Source: an uncultured Rhodobiaceae bacterium (lineage in GTDB: Bacteria; Pseudomonadota; Alphaproteobacteria; Rhizobiales; TMED25). Taken from it: DNA of 64,000 nt. The notes below the pieces were generated by a model that did no database searches, was not told the DNA's origin, and worked only from the letters and a program-made list of their open reading frames with translations. Location: NCBI GenBank assembly GCA_913045225.1, contig CAJWPC010000004.1:26626-90625 (forward strand), given 5' to 3'. The position numbers and the translations under genes were made by a program. Shown in pieces: positions 1-11,183 of the stretch; the stretch's first letter is position 1, and each line of letters opens with the position of its first letter.

Positions 1-102
1 TTAATGTATGATGATCCTGTTTTGAAAAATAAATTAGGTAATATTAAATCAACAGACTTAGAAGTTTTTTCCGAGACGCGAACACAAAAAGATAATTTCT
101 AG
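1..102 (+). CDS. 3' terminal fragment of an unidentified CDS entering from the left edge
   Basis: Frame 1 is open from base 1 to TAG at 100-102 (34 codons, ...GNIKSTDLEVFSETRTQKDNF*) in AT-rich DNA. No family is recognisable. It is absent from the ORF track because it has no start in the window. Confidence 0.3.
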   Translation, partial: LMYDDPVLKNKLGNIKSTDLEVFSETRTQKDNF

Positions 103-1289
103 TTATATCTTTCTACGCACAAGGCGACTCCCATCCCACCGCCAACACAGAGAGAGGCAAGACCCTTTGATGCCTTTCTTTTTACCATTTCATGTAATAG
201 TGTGACAAGTATTCTTGCACCGGAAGCGCCAACTGGGTGTCCAAGGGCAATAGCACCACCATTTACATTCAATTTATCCGCAGGAATATTTAAATCCTTA
301 GCGCAAGCACATGCTTGCGAGGCGAATGCCTCATTTAACTCAAATAAATCAATGTCATAAATATTCCAATCTATATTCGATAATGCACTTTTAATTGCGG
401 GAATTGGACCGGTCCCCATTATTGCAGGATCAACAGCGGCTTGCCCCCAACCTACAATTCTAGCTAATGGCTCCAGCCTCATTGACTTTGCTTTTGCATA
501 AGACATTAATAAAACACCGGCAGCTCCATCATTTATACCAGAGGCGTTGGCAGCAGTTACAGTACCGCCCTCTTTTTTAAATATTGTATTGAGCGAGGCT
601 ATATCATCCATACTAATATTTTTTCTTATGTACTCGTCTTCTAATACAATTTCTTTATTTTTCTTTTGCTCGATATGAACAGGGCAAATTTCATCAATAA
701 ATTTTCCATCATCTTGAGCTTTTGCCGCTTTCATTTGGGAGTCGAATGCAAACTTGTCTTGCGCGTCACGTGATATAGACCATCTATCAGCAACATTTTC
801 AGCTGTTACTCCCATATGATAATTATTAAAAAAATCAATCAGTGCATCGCTAATCATTGTATCCTGCATTTGTAAAGCACCCATTTTCTGACCTTGTCGA
901 ATATATGAAACATGGGGCGCTTGTGTCATGCTTTCTTGCCCGCCTGCAATTAATATCCGACCAAAATCCTCCTTTATCTGCTGGTGCGCTATTATAACAG
1001 ATCTTAATCCTGACGCACAAAGCTGATTGATAAGCCAAGCTGGCGTCTCAAATGGTATACCGGCATCAATTGCTGCCTGCCTCGCTGGATTTTGTCCTTG
1101 CCCTGCTGTTAAGATTTGCCCAAGAATTACTTCGTCAATGTCCGACGCTTTCATATTTATCTTGCCTAATAGCGATTGAATAACTGCAGATCCGAGCTTA
1201 TAGGGTGCTACATCTCGAAAACTTCCGTTAAAGCTACCAATGGCAGTTCTTGAAGCAGCAACTATAACTGTGTCTGTGTCTTGATACAC
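99..1289 (-). CDS. acetyl-CoA C-acetyltransferase (thiolase II)
   Basis: 396 aa. Thiolase motifs are NQLCASGLRS (nucleophilic Cys), NVNGGAIALGHPVGASGARI and CVGGGMGVA near the C-terminus. Confidence 0.93.
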   Translation of the reverse strand: MYQDTDTVIVAASRTAIGSFNGSFRDVAPYKLGSAVIQSLLGKINMKASDIDEVILGQILTAGQGQNPARQAAIDAGIPFETPAWLINQLCASGLRSVIIAHQQIKEDFGRILIAGGQESMTQAPHVSYIRQGQKMGALQMQDTMISDALIDFFNNYHMGVTAENVADRWSISRDAQDKFAFDSQMKAAKAQDDGKFIDEICPVHIEQKKNKEIVLEDEYIRKNISMDDIASLNTIFKKEGGTVTAANASGINDGAAGVLLMSYAKAKSMRLEPLARIVGWGQAAVDPAIMGTGPIPAIKSALSNIDWNIYDIDLFELNEAFASQACACAKDLNIPADKLNVNGGAIALGHPVGASGARILVTLLHEMVKRKASKGLASLCVGGGMGVALCVERYN

Positions 1290-1292
1290 TTA

Positions 1293-2489
1293 TTATCCTT
1301 TATTCATAATTATTTGCGCACTCTTCTTCTCACTTATGTCTGCCCTTAAAGTCATAAATATAACTAAAAGACTTAGTGGCACGCACAAGATATTCATAAT
1401 TTCCCAACCCACGAGTGTCAACATAAAACCTGCGGATAGGCTCGCTATTGCTTGCATTGAAAAGACAACAATTTCATTAAACCCTTGAGCCTTAAACTTT
1501 TCTTCTTCTCTATATGAAATAACTAACAGACTTGTTGAGGTAATGAATAGAAAATTCCATCCAATACCCAGAAATGTAAGGGCGATAAGATAATTAATAT
1601 AAGTTGTCTCGAAGTAACTCAAAAATATCGTTAATAAGAAAAATAATATACCTGTGTATATTATTCGGCTATGACCAAATTTCTTTATTAACCTACCTGT
1701 GAATAGTGACGGCAGAAACATCCCAATTATGTGGAATTGAATAACTATCTTTGTACTTTCAAGTGAAAAACCGTGATGATGATGCATGCTAAGAGGTGTT
1801 GCCGTCATCAAGAATGACATTATGGCATATGACATTGCGGCAACAACTATAGCTTGACTAAATCTATGCGAGCTAAGCAATTCGCTATAGGATCTTCCAG
1901 CAATAATCTTCTTTTCACTCTTTATAGCATTTTTTGGACTATAAAATATTAGAGATAAAACTGGTAAAAATGTCATAAAAGATAGGGCAATATAGGGGCC
2001 AACAAAAGTATGCTCAGGTATAAGATTTTGGGAATATACTGCAATATTTGGCCCGAGTAATGCAGAAAATATTCCTGCCAACATAATAACTGAAATAGCC
2101 CTTGGTATCATATCTTCACTAACTGACTCTGCTGCTGCAAATCTATATTGGTGAGTAAATGCAAGACCGTTACCAATGGCAAAGCAAGACAGGCAATAAA
2201 ACAAAAAATCTCCGTAATAGATTGATACAGCGGCTATCAGCGAAGATACTGAGGTATAAATTGCAGCATAAATAAAACCTCTTTTTCTCCCAATTCTGCT
2301 CATTATATTGGAAGCAATCATTGTTGAGCTCGCAAGACCAATCACCATTGATGCGGTTGGAAGTGTTGAGAGTGTTGTTAATGATGTAAGGGTTGAGCCA
2401 ATTATACCGCTCAAAAAGATAGTGACGGGCGCAGCAGTAAAACCGAATATTTGAGCTATAATTAATAGGATTAAATTTTTATTGTACAT
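1293..2489 (-). CDS. MFS-type transporter
   Basis: 398 aa and highly hydrophobic, with about 12 predicted TM segments and a basic loop (RIGRKRG) after TM2, as in major facilitator proteins. Substrate unknown. Confidence 0.75.
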   Translation of the reverse strand: MYNKNLILLIIAQIFGFTAAPVTIFLSGIIGSTLTSLTTLSTLPTASMVIGLASSTMIASNIMSRIGRKRGFIYAAIYTSVSSLIAAVSIYYGDFLFYCLSCFAIGNGLAFTHQYRFAAAESVSEDMIPRAISVIMLAGIFSALLGPNIAVYSQNLIPEHTFVGPYIALSFMTFLPVLSLIFYSPKNAIKSEKKIIAGRSYSELLSSHRFSQAIVVAAMSYAIMSFLMTATPLSMHHHHGFSLESTKIVIQFHIIGMFLPSLFTGRLIKKFGHSRIIYTGILFFLLTIFLSYFETTYINYLIALTFLGIGWNFLFITSTSLLVISYREEEKFKAQGFNEIVVFSMQAIASLSAGFMLTLVGWEIMNILCVPLSLLVIFMTLRADISEKKSAQIIMNKG

Positions 2490-2549
2490 TCTATTAAAGA
2501 CATGTTTTTAGATATATAACTACTTATTTAGCCTGATGTCTATTTATTA

Positions 2550-4007
2550 TTATGTGCCACAGAATGTTTGATATACGCGTTCTCGTGGTTCAGGTGGTAT
2601 CTGGTAAGGCTTTGATTTACCATCCGCCTTGAAGGGTTCTTTTAATACCTCTAAAAAATCTCTAAAATGCTTAAAATCACCATGAGCCGCAGCGCTTATT
2701 ACTCGCTCAACCTGATGATTCCTTGGTATAATTATTGGGTTAATATTTCTCATCATTGCCACAGAAGTATCCCAAGATTTACTATTTTTTTGTAATCTAC
2801 TTTTCCATTGCTTATACCAAGTTTGAAAAGATGATGTTTCATATATTATTTCTGTTGGTTTTTTTCCATCACTAAGATCACGAAATGTGTTTGTAAAATC
2901 GGCATCATTATTATGCATCCAATCTAAAAGATCTTTAATTAATATTTGGTCCTCTGGTTGATCACCAAGTAAACCGATCTTCGAACGCATCATAGTTAGC
3001 CATTTTTGTTTATAAATATCAGAAAATTTATCTATTAACTTTTCGCCCAGTTTGACAGCGTTATCTGCATTATTATCAATCAGAGGTAATAGTGCTTCAA
3101 TTAATCGAGCTAAATTCCATTGAGCAATCAATGGCTGATTCATAAATGAATAACGGCCTCCCCTATCGATGGAACTAAAAAATGTATTTGGATCATAATT
3201 ATCCATAAAAGCACAAGGCCCGTAGTCAATCGTCTCACCCGAGAGGGTCATATTATCAGTATTCATTACGCCGTGTACAAATCCGACACGCATCCAATGA
3301 ACAATCAAATCAGATTGTTTCTGCATCACATTTTCAATAAGACCAACTGCTTTATTTGAGGAATCAAAAACCTCTGGGCAGTGTCTTTTTATTGTATAAT
3401 CCAGTAATGATTTTAGGAGCCCCTCATCTTTTTGGTTGGCTGCAAACTCAAAAGTTCCGACCCTGATATGAGAACTTGCAATGCGCGTTAATATTGATCC
3501 AGGTAATAAAGCTTCGCGTCTTACTTCTTGGCCGGTGGTTATAATTGCGAGACTTCTTGTAGTTGGAATACCTAAATGATACATTGCCTCTGAAATGAGG
3601 TACTCGCGTATCATTGGACCGAGCGCCGCTCTGCCGTCTCCACTTCTTGAGTATGGAGTTTTTCCTGATCCTTTTAATTGGATATCGAGTCGTATTCCAT
3701 TGGGCGTAATATGTTCCCCAAGAAGATGAGCCCGACCATCTCCTAGCATGGTGAAATATCCAAATTGATGGCCTGCATAGGCCTGCGACAGTGGTGTTGA
3801 TCCATCAGGTAGTTCATTCCCAGAAAATAGTTTTGAAAGTTTTTTTTGTGTGGTTGAGGTCAAATTAAGGCCAATTTCCTGAGCAAGGTCATAGTTAATA
3901 TGAACAATCATGGGATTTTGGACACGTTCGGGTCGTTGTTTCACAAAGAATTGTTTTGGCAAGCCAGTATACGTTGTATCAAAATTAAAGTTAAATACGT
4001 TGGTCAT
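2550..4007 (-). CDS. selO: protein adenylyltransferase SelO (YdiU/UPF0061 family)
   Basis: Full-length similarity to SelO/YdiU, with the motifs AGHQFG, LGDGRA, RVGTFE and HGVMNTDNM. I prefer the ATG at 4007 (MTNVFNF...) over the ORF-track start at 4031, because it leaves 1 nt to the upstream stop instead of a 23-nt overlap. Confidence 0.9.
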   Translation of the reverse strand: MTNVFNFNFDTTYTGLPKQFFVKQRPERVQNPMIVHINYDLAQEIGLNLTSTTQKKLSKLFSGNELPDGSTPLSQAYAGHQFGYFTMLGDGRAHLLGEHITPNGIRLDIQLKGSGKTPYSRSGDGRAALGPMIREYLISEAMYHLGIPTTRSLAIITTGQEVRREALLPGSILTRIASSHIRVGTFEFAANQKDEGLLKSLLDYTIKRHCPEVFDSSNKAVGLIENVMQKQSDLIVHWMRVGFVHGVMNTDNMTLSGETIDYGPCAFMDNYDPNTFFSSIDRGGRYSFMNQPLIAQWNLARLIEALLPLIDNNADNAVKLGEKLIDKFSDIYKQKWLTMMRSKIGLLGDQPEDQILIKDLLDWMHNNDADFTNTFRDLSDGKKPTEIIYETSSFQTWYKQWKSRLQKNSKSWDTSVAMMRNINPIIIPRNHQVERVISAAAHGDFKHFRDFLEVLKEPFKADGKSKPYQIPPEPRERVYQTFCGT

Positions 4008-4008
4008 G

Positions 4009-4389
4009 TTAATGTGCAGGGTTGATTGCAAATTCTTTTAATATATTAAGGGGAACATACTTGAGGGCCGCTTCATCACAGGCCTCTAGAATCACAGCTG
4101 GTGCTACCCCTTTCTCCCATGCCTCTTTCCATCTCAAAGCACAAAGGCACCACCTATCCCCTGGTAATAAACCAGGGAAATTATATTCCGGTCTAGGGGT
4201 TGAAAGATCATTACCACGACTTTTTGAAAACTCTAAAAATCCAGCCGTAACCTCAGCGCAAATAACATGGCTACCAAGGTCGGTATCGTCTGTTCGACAA
4301 AATCCATCTCTAAAATATCCAGTTTTTGGTGCATGGCAGCATGATTGTAGCACTCCACCCAAAACATTTTTTTTAATCTCTCTACTCAT
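4009..4389 (-). CDS. DUF2237 family protein (Cys-rich, function unknown)
   Basis: 126 aa. The pattern GYFRDGFC...D.G.H..CA...FL.....GNDL...P...[15 protein letters not shown] is typical of DUF2237. Seven Cys residues. Confidence 0.8.
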   Translation of the reverse strand: MSREIKKNVLGGVLQSCCHAPKTGYFRDGFCRTDDTDLGSHVICAEVTAGFLEFSKSRGNDLSTPRPEYNFPGLLPGDRWCLCALRWKEAWEKGVAPAVILEACDEAALKYVPLNILKEFAINPAH

Positions 4390-4442
4390 ATATTCACATT
4401 CTTTGCTTGCACAGCATTATACGACGTTATTTATGACTCAAA

Positions 4443-4532
4443 TGGCGGAGAGAGAGGGATTCGAACCCTCGATAGTATTGCTACTATACACGCGTTCCAG
4501 GCGTGCGCCTTAAACCACTCGGCCACCTCTCC
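4443..4532 (-). tRNA. tRNA-Ser (anticodon GGA), CCA encoded
   Basis: The reverse complement reads GGAGAGGTGGCCGAGTGGTTTAAGGCGCACGCCTGGAACGCGTG...GAGGGTTCGAATCCCTCTCTCTCCGCCA. It has a 7-bp acceptor stem, an anticodon loop CTGGAAC, a long variable arm and a TTCGAAT T-loop. Confidence 0.95.
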
Positions 4533-4541
4533 ATAATCAAA

Positions 4542-5405
4542 TTATTCCATAGATATTTTTCTACATGATTTTGGCAAATCAGACAACAACATCCATTTAC
4601 GTATTTTTGTTGAGTTTGACTCAAAAAGCTTATCTTTTTTCATCCAAAAATCTAATTCGCTCCCGCAGCCACTTGAATTATTCACATCAGCTTGATTAAT
4701 ACATAGCTCTGAATTTTTTGGGCAACTCAATCTGACATGAAAATGATTGTAATGACCAGCCCATGGGCGCATCTTTTTTAGCCAATCCATATCATTCTTC
4801 TCTTCTGCCATCACACATAGTTCTTTCTTAATTAATGGGTTAACAAAAATTCTCGTTACCCTATCGTCTTTTGTTGCTATTTTTAGTAAATCATAATGAT
4901 AATCTGACCATAAGTCCTCATTTATTTCCCTTTGATTTGGCGAAAGAACGGACCTTGGTTTGAAAGTTTCAAGCTCAAACCTGTTCATTGCTAAGTCTGG
5001 TTTTCTTTCATAAAAAATATCGACATCCAGACCCGTCTGATGGCTTTTATGGCCATAAGGCATCGGTCCACCTCTTGGCATTGATAAATCTCCCAGAATG
5101 AGACCATTTCCATGAGTCTCAAATACCTCTTTTGATGTATTTTTTATATAGCTTATTAGATTTGGATGACCCCAAAATCTATTTCTTGATGGTTTTAGCG
5201 CCTCATAGTGAAGACTGTGGTTTGGTAAGTATTCAGCTCCAGCTAAACAACCTTTTGAGTAGGAGCCAATGCTCTTTGCTTCGGAATTAGTTTCCGTTCT
5301 TATCTTGAAGAATATTTCACTTGCATATTCTTTTGATAAAACCAAGTTTATGTCAAATAAAAAAATTAGAATAAATAAGATGAGTTTGGCAGAAAAGCTT
5401 GTCAT
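4542..5405 (-). CDS. mepA: penicillin-insensitive murein endopeptidase MepA (peptidase M74)
   Basis: Motifs GHKSHQTGLDVDI and HFHVRL, with an N-terminal signal or anchor (MTSFSAKLILFILIF...). The start is set at the ATG at 5405, because the ORF-track start at 5480 would overlap the end of lepA by 59 nt. Confidence 0.85.
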   Translation of the reverse strand: MTSFSAKLILFILIFLFDINLVLSKEYASEIFFKIRTETNSEAKSIGSYSKGCLAGAEYLPNHSLHYEALKPSRNRFWGHPNLISYIKNTSKEVFETHGNGLILGDLSMPRGGPMPYGHKSHQTGLDVDIFYERKPDLAMNRFELETFKPRSVLSPNQREINEDLWSDYHYDLLKIATKDDRVTRIFVNPLIKKELCVMAEEKNDMDWLKKMRPWAGHYNHFHVRLSCPKNSELCINQADVNNSSGCGSELDFWMKKDKLFESNSTKIRKWMLLSDLPKSCRKISME

Positions 5406-5421
5406 CAGGGCAGATCTAAGT

Positions 5422-7248
5422 TTAATAATCAGCTTTAAGCGCTGCAATAAAGGCTTCTTGGGGAATCTCAACTTTTCCATATTTTCTCATTTTCTTTTTA
5501 CCTTTCTTTTGCTTTTCAAGCAGCTTCCGTTTACGTGTCACGTCTCCACCGTAACATTTTGCTGTTACATCCTTTCTAACCGCAGATATCGTCTCCCTTG
5601 CTATAACCTTCCCGCCAATAGCTGCCTGTAATGGTATTTTGAATAAATGTCGTGGAATTAAATCCTTTAGTTTTTCTATTATAATCCTTCCCCGGTTTTC
5701 AGCAACACTTCTGTGAACAATCATTGCCAATGCGTCAACTGACTCTTCATTAACTAAAATCTGCATTTTAACGAGATCAGACGCGTCGTAATTTGCTATT
5801 GAATAATCAAAGCTGGCGTATCCTTTTGAGATAGATTTTAATTTATCATAAAAATCAAAAACAACCTCATTCAATGGAATTTGATATGTGATTACAGCAC
5901 GGTTACCTGAGAAATTAAGCTCCTTTTGCACTCCCCTTCTTTCCTCGCAAAGCTTCAATATTGCACCAAGATATTCCTCAGGTACAATAATTGATGCATC
6001 AATCCAAGGCTCTTCAATTTTTGCTATTCTTTCTTGGGGTGGTAAATCAACGGGATTATGTAACTCGATTACATTACTGTCTGTCGTATGCACCTTATAA
6101 ATTACGCTTGGTGCAGTTGTAACCAGATCAATATTATATTCTCTATCAATTCTTTCACAAATAATTTCGAGGTGAAGTAGGCCTAAAAAACCACACCTAT
6201 AGCCTAACCCTAAAGCAGCTGATGTTTCTTTCTCATATTGAAAGCTTGCGTCATTGAGGCTTAACTTTTCTATTGCATCTCTTAAACCTTCAAAATCTGA
6301 TGTATCCTGTGGGTATAGACCACAGAAAACTACGGGCTGTGAGGGCTTGAAACCGTCCAGAGCAGCAATATCTTGTGCCTTTGCATCAGTAATAGTATCT
6401 CCAACCCTCATATCCGATACTTGCTTTATGGATGCTGTAAAAAAACCAATCTCACCTGGACCAAGCTCATCAAGCATTTTTTGTTTCGGCTGAAACACGC
6501 CAATTCTTTCTATCTGATATGTTGCGGCGTTGGATAAGAGTTTAATTTTCTGCCCTTTTTTTATTGATCCATCATAAACTCTTACCAAAACAACAACACC
6601 TAGGTAAGTATCATACCAAGAATCAACAAGCAGCGCTTTTGTTGTCTGGCTTACATCACCTGAGGGGGGCGGTAGCTTCTCTGTCACCTTTTCAAGCAGA
6701 TCATTGATACCGAAACCTGTTTTTGCTGAAATTTCAATCGCATCACTTGTATCTAAACCTATTACGTCTTCAATTTGTGCTTTAACCCTTTCTGGATCGG
6801 CAGCTGGTAGGTCTACCTTGTTTAAAACAACTAAAATTTCATGATTATTAGCAATAGACTGATAAACATTAGCAAGTGTCTGTGCTTCCACCCCTTGACT
6901 TGCGTCAACTACCAATATGGATCCTTCACAAGCCGCAAGTGATCTATTAACCTCATATGCGAAATCTACATGACCTGGTGTATCTATGATGTTTAGTGTA
7001 AATTCTTCATTTTTATTACTCTTGTATTTCAAGCTAACCGACTGTGCTTTGATTGTTATGCCTCGTTCTCTCTCAAGTTCCATTGAGTCAAGCACCTGAT
7101 CCTTCATTTCTCTTTGTTCAAGCCCACCTGTTATTTGAATCAACCTATCAGCGAGCGTCGATTTGCCATGATCTATATGAGCAATTATCGAAAAATTTCT
7201 GATTTTTGATAAATTATGCATGTTATCTGAACTTTTTTGGGAATCCAT
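5422..7248 (-). CDS. lepA: translation elongation factor 4 (LepA)
   Basis: 608 aa. GTPase motifs are [14 protein letters not shown] and NKVD. The LepA-specific C-terminal domain is present (...[21 protein letters not shown]). Confidence 0.97.
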   Translation of the reverse strand: MDSQKSSDNMHNLSKIRNFSIIAHIDHGKSTLADRLIQITGGLEQREMKDQVLDSMELERERGITIKAQSVSLKYKSNKNEEFTLNIIDTPGHVDFAYEVNRSLAACEGSILVVDASQGVEAQTLANVYQSIANNHEILVVLNKVDLPAADPERVKAQIEDVIGLDTSDAIEISAKTGFGINDLLEKVTEKLPPPSGDVSQTTKALLVDSWYDTYLGVVVLVRVYDGSIKKGQKIKLLSNAATYQIERIGVFQPKQKMLDELGPGEIGFFTASIKQVSDMRVGDTITDAKAQDIAALDGFKPSQPVVFCGLYPQDTSDFEGLRDAIEKLSLNDASFQYEKETSAALGLGYRCGFLGLLHLEIICERIDREYNIDLVTTAPSVIYKVHTTDSNVIELHNPVDLPPQERIAKIEEPWIDASIIVPEEYLGAILKLCEERRGVQKELNFSGNRAVITYQIPLNEVVFDFYDKLKSISKGYASFDYSIANYDASDLVKMQILVNEESVDALAMIVHRSVAENRGRIIIEKLKDLIPRHLFKIPLQAAIGGKVIARETISAVRKDVTAKCYGGDVTRKRKLLEKQKKGKKKMRKYGKVEIPQEAFIAALKADY

Positions 7249-7250
7249 AT

Positions 7251-9659
7251 CTAAGATCTAATTTCAGCTTCGAATTTATTTCCTACTTCAGATATAATCA
7301 TTCTTGATATTTCTTCAATTTCGAGATCTGTTAGTGTCTTTTCATATGGTTGAATTATAACATTGATCCCAATTGATTTCTTATTTTTCGGTATATTTTT
7401 CCCAGAATAAATGTCAAATATTTTAATATCTTCAATCATAGTATTTTTAATTCTTTTTATTACGTTAAGAATCTCTTCGGCTTTTGTATCTTTATCCACT
7501 ATAAAAGCAAAATCGCGGCTTACCGGCATAAAGTTACTTATTGTAAATCCAGGTCTTACTCTTAACTTATTTCTTGTTTTTGATGATATTTTACCAAGGA
7601 ATATCTCGAAAGCAAAGATTGGGGTGTCTATGTCAAGGTCACTTAAAATAGTTGGATGAATTTCACCAAAATGACCTAATATGTTCATTGGGCCCTGTCT
7701 TATAACCCCTGACTTACCTGGATGATAGTATTTGGGGGCATCTTGAGTAATTTTGTAATTACTATCATCTATACCTTCAGATCTTAAAATTGCAATTATA
7801 TCCTCTTTAGCATCAAATGAGTCATAATCTCGTGAATTACCTCTCCAGTCACCATTTCCTCCATGTGAGATTGCTTTGCCAAGCCTAACGCCGGATGCAA
7901 ACTCAAATTGATCTTCGGGATTAACTCCACTGTAACAATTACTCACCTCAAATAGAGATATATCTTTTTGACCTTTATCTAAATTTCTTTTAACTGATAA
8001 AAGCAGACTTGGCATCAAAAGCTGTCGCATGACATTCAACTCCATTGATATGGGATTTAGAAGACGCAAATCATCATTAACTTGATAAAAAAGTTTTGCA
8101 ATTTTATCCGAAATAAATGAGTAGCTAACTGTTTCCATCATCCCCCTGCTAGCCAATATCCTTTTTATATTAAATCTAATTTTTTGCGCCCTATTTATCT
8201 TCTTAGATGCTACGCCAACAGATTTTTTGAGAGGAATTGGCTTTATATTGTCAGTTCCCTTGATACGCATGATTTCTTCAACAATGCACGCATTCTCAGA
8301 AATATCATGTCTCCATGATGGTACGGTGATTTCAATTTTCTTATTTTTTTCTGATAATGAAAATCCTAACCCTGTAAGTATCTGATTTATATCAGATTTT
8401 TTAAAGGATACACCGAGTAGCCTTGATACTTCATCCAAGTTAAAATTTATCTTTTCTTGACGATTCAGGGGCTTTCCCACTGATTTTATATTTGATATTT
8501 CGCCACCACATATTTCCTTTATCATCTCAACGGCCTTATCCAAACCACTGTTATTGAATCCGCTATCTATCCCTCTCTCATTTCTATATCTCGCGTCGGA
8601 GTTGATGTTTAACTCCCTGCCAGTATCCGCGATATTAATTTTGTCCCAAACTGCACTTTCGACTAAGACGTTCACAGTATCCATATTACAGCCGGTTCTT
8701 TTTCCACCGATAATACCTGCGATTGACTCCGGATTATTATCATCTGAGAAAATTGTATGAGATCGACTGAGGTTATACTCTTTGTCATCGAGTGCAAGAA
8801 TCCTCTCGCCAGCTTTTGCTTTTCGAATCTCTAAGCCCTTATTGATTTTATCATAATCAAATACATGCAAAGGACGATTCAAATCATATGTTAGATAATT
8901 TGTTACATCAACAAGCGCATTAATAGGTCTTAATCCTATTGCCTCTAATCTGTTCTTCAACCATTTTGGTGACTCGCAATTTTTTATATTTTTAATTAAT
9001 CTAAAGCTTGCATATATATTACTTTCGACATCTTTATTTATTTTTATCTTTTTTTGAATATCATACCCTCCAATAATCTTTGTCGCTTTCAGGGGCTTTA
9101 ATTTTCCGATATTCGCTGCGCTTAGATCGCGCGCAATACCTCTCACACCGAGTGCATCTGACCTGTTAGGTGTTATGGATATTTCAATTACGGGGTCTGA
9201 CTTATTAATTTGATCGTAAATATTATTACCAATTTGAGATTTTGGATCTAGCTCCAATATACCATCATGCTCATCAGAAAGTGACAATTCTCTCTCAGAA
9301 AGTAGCATTCCACTTGACTTTACACCTCGGATCTTTGTGGCTTGTAAGGTCATTGATAGTCCTGGAATGTAAGAGCCTTCTGGAGCAAAAACCGCTTTCA
9401 TACCTTCTTTGACGTTATTAGCCCCACAAACCACATCCTGTATTCCGTTTATAGTATTTAAAGTACAAATTTTTAACTTATCAGCATCCGGATGTTTTTT
9501 TATGCTTGAAATCTCACAGATGGTAAAATCTTTGTAAATCTCAGATGGATCAAAAACATCCTCTACTTCGAGACCAATCATATTTAATTTATCGCAGATC
9601 TCATCCAAACCTGCATTTGTGGTAAGATGGTCTTTTAGCCATGATAGTGTGAATTTCAT
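7251..9659 (-). CDS. pheT: phenylalanine--tRNA ligase beta subunit
   Basis: 802 aa, starting [12 protein letters not shown] with tRNA-binding, B3/4, B5 and FDX-ACB regions. It overlaps pheS by 4 nt. Confidence 0.96.
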   Translation of the reverse strand: MKFTLSWLKDHLTTNAGLDEICDKLNMIGLEVEDVFDPSEIYKDFTICEISSIKKHPDADKLKICTLNTINGIQDVVCGANNVKEGMKAVFAPEGSYIPGLSMTLQATKIRGVKSSGMLLSERELSLSDEHDGILELDPKSQIGNNIYDQINKSDPVIEISITPNRSDALGVRGIARDLSAANIGKLKPLKATKIIGGYDIQKKIKINKDVESNIYASFRLIKNIKNCESPKWLKNRLEAIGLRPINALVDVTNYLTYDLNRPLHVFDYDKINKGLEIRKAKAGERILALDDKEYNLSRSHTIFSDDNNPESIAGIIGGKRTGCNMDTVNVLVESAVWDKINIADTGRELNINSDARYRNERGIDSGFNNSGLDKAVEMIKEICGGEISNIKSVGKPLNRQEKINFNLDEVSRLLGVSFKKSDINQILTGLGFSLSEKNKKIEITVPSWRHDISENACIVEEIMRIKGTDNIKPIPLKKSVGVASKKINRAQKIRFNIKRILASRGMMETVSYSFISDKIAKLFYQVNDDLRLLNPISMELNVMRQLLMPSLLLSVKRNLDKGQKDISLFEVSNCYSGVNPEDQFEFASGVRLGKAISHGGNGDWRGNSRDYDSFDAKEDIIAILRSEGIDDSNYKITQDAPKYYHPGKSGVIRQGPMNILGHFGEIHPTILSDLDIDTPIFAFEIFLGKISSKTRNKLRVRPGFTISNFMPVSRDFAFIVDKDTKAEEILNVIKRIKNTMIEDIKIFDIYSGKNIPKNKKSIGINVIIQPYEKTLTDLEIEEISRMIISEVGNKFEAEIRS

Positions 9660-10744
9660 TCAGATAGTCCCCTTGATAGAGACGGTATATCAAGTGCCCG
9701 AAAACCATAATGCCTGAGCCAACGTAGATCTGAGTCAAAAAAAGACCGGAGATCTGTCATGCCATATTTTAGCATAGCCAAGCGATCTATACCCAATCCG
9801 AAGGCAAATCCTTTATATTTACTTGGATCTAAATTAACATTTCTTAATACCTGGGGATGGACCATTCCGCTCCCTAAAACTTCTAGCCAGTCACTGCCTT
9901 CCCCGACAATTAAACGATTTTTATCCTTTTGACACGCAATATCAACTTCTAGAGATGGCTCTGTGAATGGGAAATAACTTGGCCTGAGTCTCATCTTTAT
10001 ATTTTCAACTTCAAAAAAAGCTTTGCAAAACTCTTCTAAGCACCATTTAAGCTGACCCATATTTGCATCTTGATCTATCACTAAGCCCTCAACCTGATGG
10101 AACATTGGTGTGTGTGTTTGGTCAGAGTCAGATCTATATGTTCTACCCGGTGCTATAATTCTTATTGGTGGCTCCTCTCGCATCATTGTCCTGATCTGAA
10201 CTGGACTCGTGTGGGTTCTGAGTAGCCTCGAATTACCATCTTTTCCCGGTAGATAAAAAGTATCAACCATCTGCCTAGCAGGGTGACTTTCTGGTATATT
10301 TAAAGAGTTAAAGTTGTGATGTTCATCTTCAATATCAGGTCCTTCAGCTATGTTAAAACCCATATCTGAAAATATTTCAATTATCTCTTCGGTAACCTGA
10401 CTAATGGGGTGAATTTTACCGTTTTCAAGATTAGTATTTGTCAGTGGAAGAGTAACATCTATAACGTCTTGGCTTATTTTTTTTGTGATCTCCGCTTGCT
10501 GCAAAGCTGATTTACAGATTTCAATTTCGTCAGTGATTTGTCTCTTAAGCGCATTTACTTGCTCGCCAAAATCCTTACGGACCTCAATTGTTTGTGATGA
10601 AATATTCTTTAAAAGTGATGTAATAGCACCTTTTTTTCCAAGTGCAGACACTCTTATATTATCAAGTTGATCCAATGACTTGATATCATTGATCTCTTTC
10701 AATAGCTTAACTCGGAGATTTGAGATGTCTGGGAATTTACTCAT
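9656..10744 (-). CDS. pheS: phenylalanine--tRNA ligase alpha subunit
   Basis: Class II aaRS motifs: HPARQMVDTFY, RTHTSPVQIR, FRPSYFPFTEPS and GFAFGLGIDRLAML. The ATG at 10744 (MSKFPD...) is preferred. The ORF track uses a TTG at 10762. Confidence 0.95.
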   Translation of the reverse strand: MSKFPDISNLRVKLLKEINDIKSLDQLDNIRVSALGKKGAITSLLKNISSQTIEVRKDFGEQVNALKRQITDEIEICKSALQQAEITKKISQDVIDVTLPLTNTNLENGKIHPISQVTEEIIEIFSDMGFNIAEGPDIEDEHHNFNSLNIPESHPARQMVDTFYLPGKDGNSRLLRTHTSPVQIRTMMREEPPIRIIAPGRTYRSDSDQTHTPMFHQVEGLVIDQDANMGQLKWCLEEFCKAFFEVENIKMRLRPSYFPFTEPSLEVDIACQKDKNRLIVGEGSDWLEVLGSGMVHPQVLRNVNLDPSKYKGFAFGLGIDRLAMLKYGMTDLRSFFDSDLRWLRHYGFRALDIPSLSRGLSE

Positions 10745-10816
10745 ACGCAAGGTACCTATCAATTATTTTATAATAGAAATATTACGACATTTAGATAAAT
10801 GAATGGTAAATAGAAA

Positions 10817-11173
10817 CTACTTAAGTTCTGCCTGAACCTTGCTCAGTATCTCCATAAATGCTTGCGGTTCATTAACAGCAAGATCAGCTAACACCTTTCT
10901 ATCGATGCTAATTCCGGCCTTGTTTAAACCATGCATAAAAGTTGAATAGCGCATACCATGTTCTCTGACCATTGCATTTATGCGCTGGATCCACAAACTT
11001 CTAAAGTCTCTTTTTCTAACTTTTCTATCTCTATAGGCATATTGTGCTGCTTTTTCTACAGCTTGCTTTGCTACACGGATTGTATTCTTTCTTCTACCAT
11101 AATACCCTTTTGCTTTTGACAAAACTTTTGCATGTCGAGCATGTGATGTTACGCCTCTTTTAACTCTCGCCAT
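10817..11173 (-). CDS. rplT: 50S ribosomal protein L20
   Basis: 118 aa, [18 protein letters not shown]...YAYRDRK. Sits in the conserved infC-rpmI-rplT order. Confidence 0.97.
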   Translation of the reverse strand: MARVKRGVTSHARHAKVLSKAKGYYGRRKNTIRVAKQAVEKAAQYAYRDRKVRKRDFRSLWIQRINAMVREHGMRYSTFMHGLNKAGISIDRKVLADLAVNEPQAFMEILSKVQAELK

Positions 11174-11183
11174 CTATTCTATC

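Noticed and set aside
4022-4513. A 163-aa ORF on the plus strand.
   Set aside because: It runs antisense through the well-supported DUF2237 gene and straight across the tRNA-Ser gene. Its composition is low-complexity (Ser/Pro/Leu-rich), typical of a shadow frame in a locally GC-richer stretch.
10763-10816. A possible pheST attenuator or Phe-rich leader peptide between rplT and pheS.
   Set aside because: The spacer is only 54-72 nt. The only mini-ORF is Met-Ser-stop, with no Phe codons and no terminator/antiterminator hairpins.
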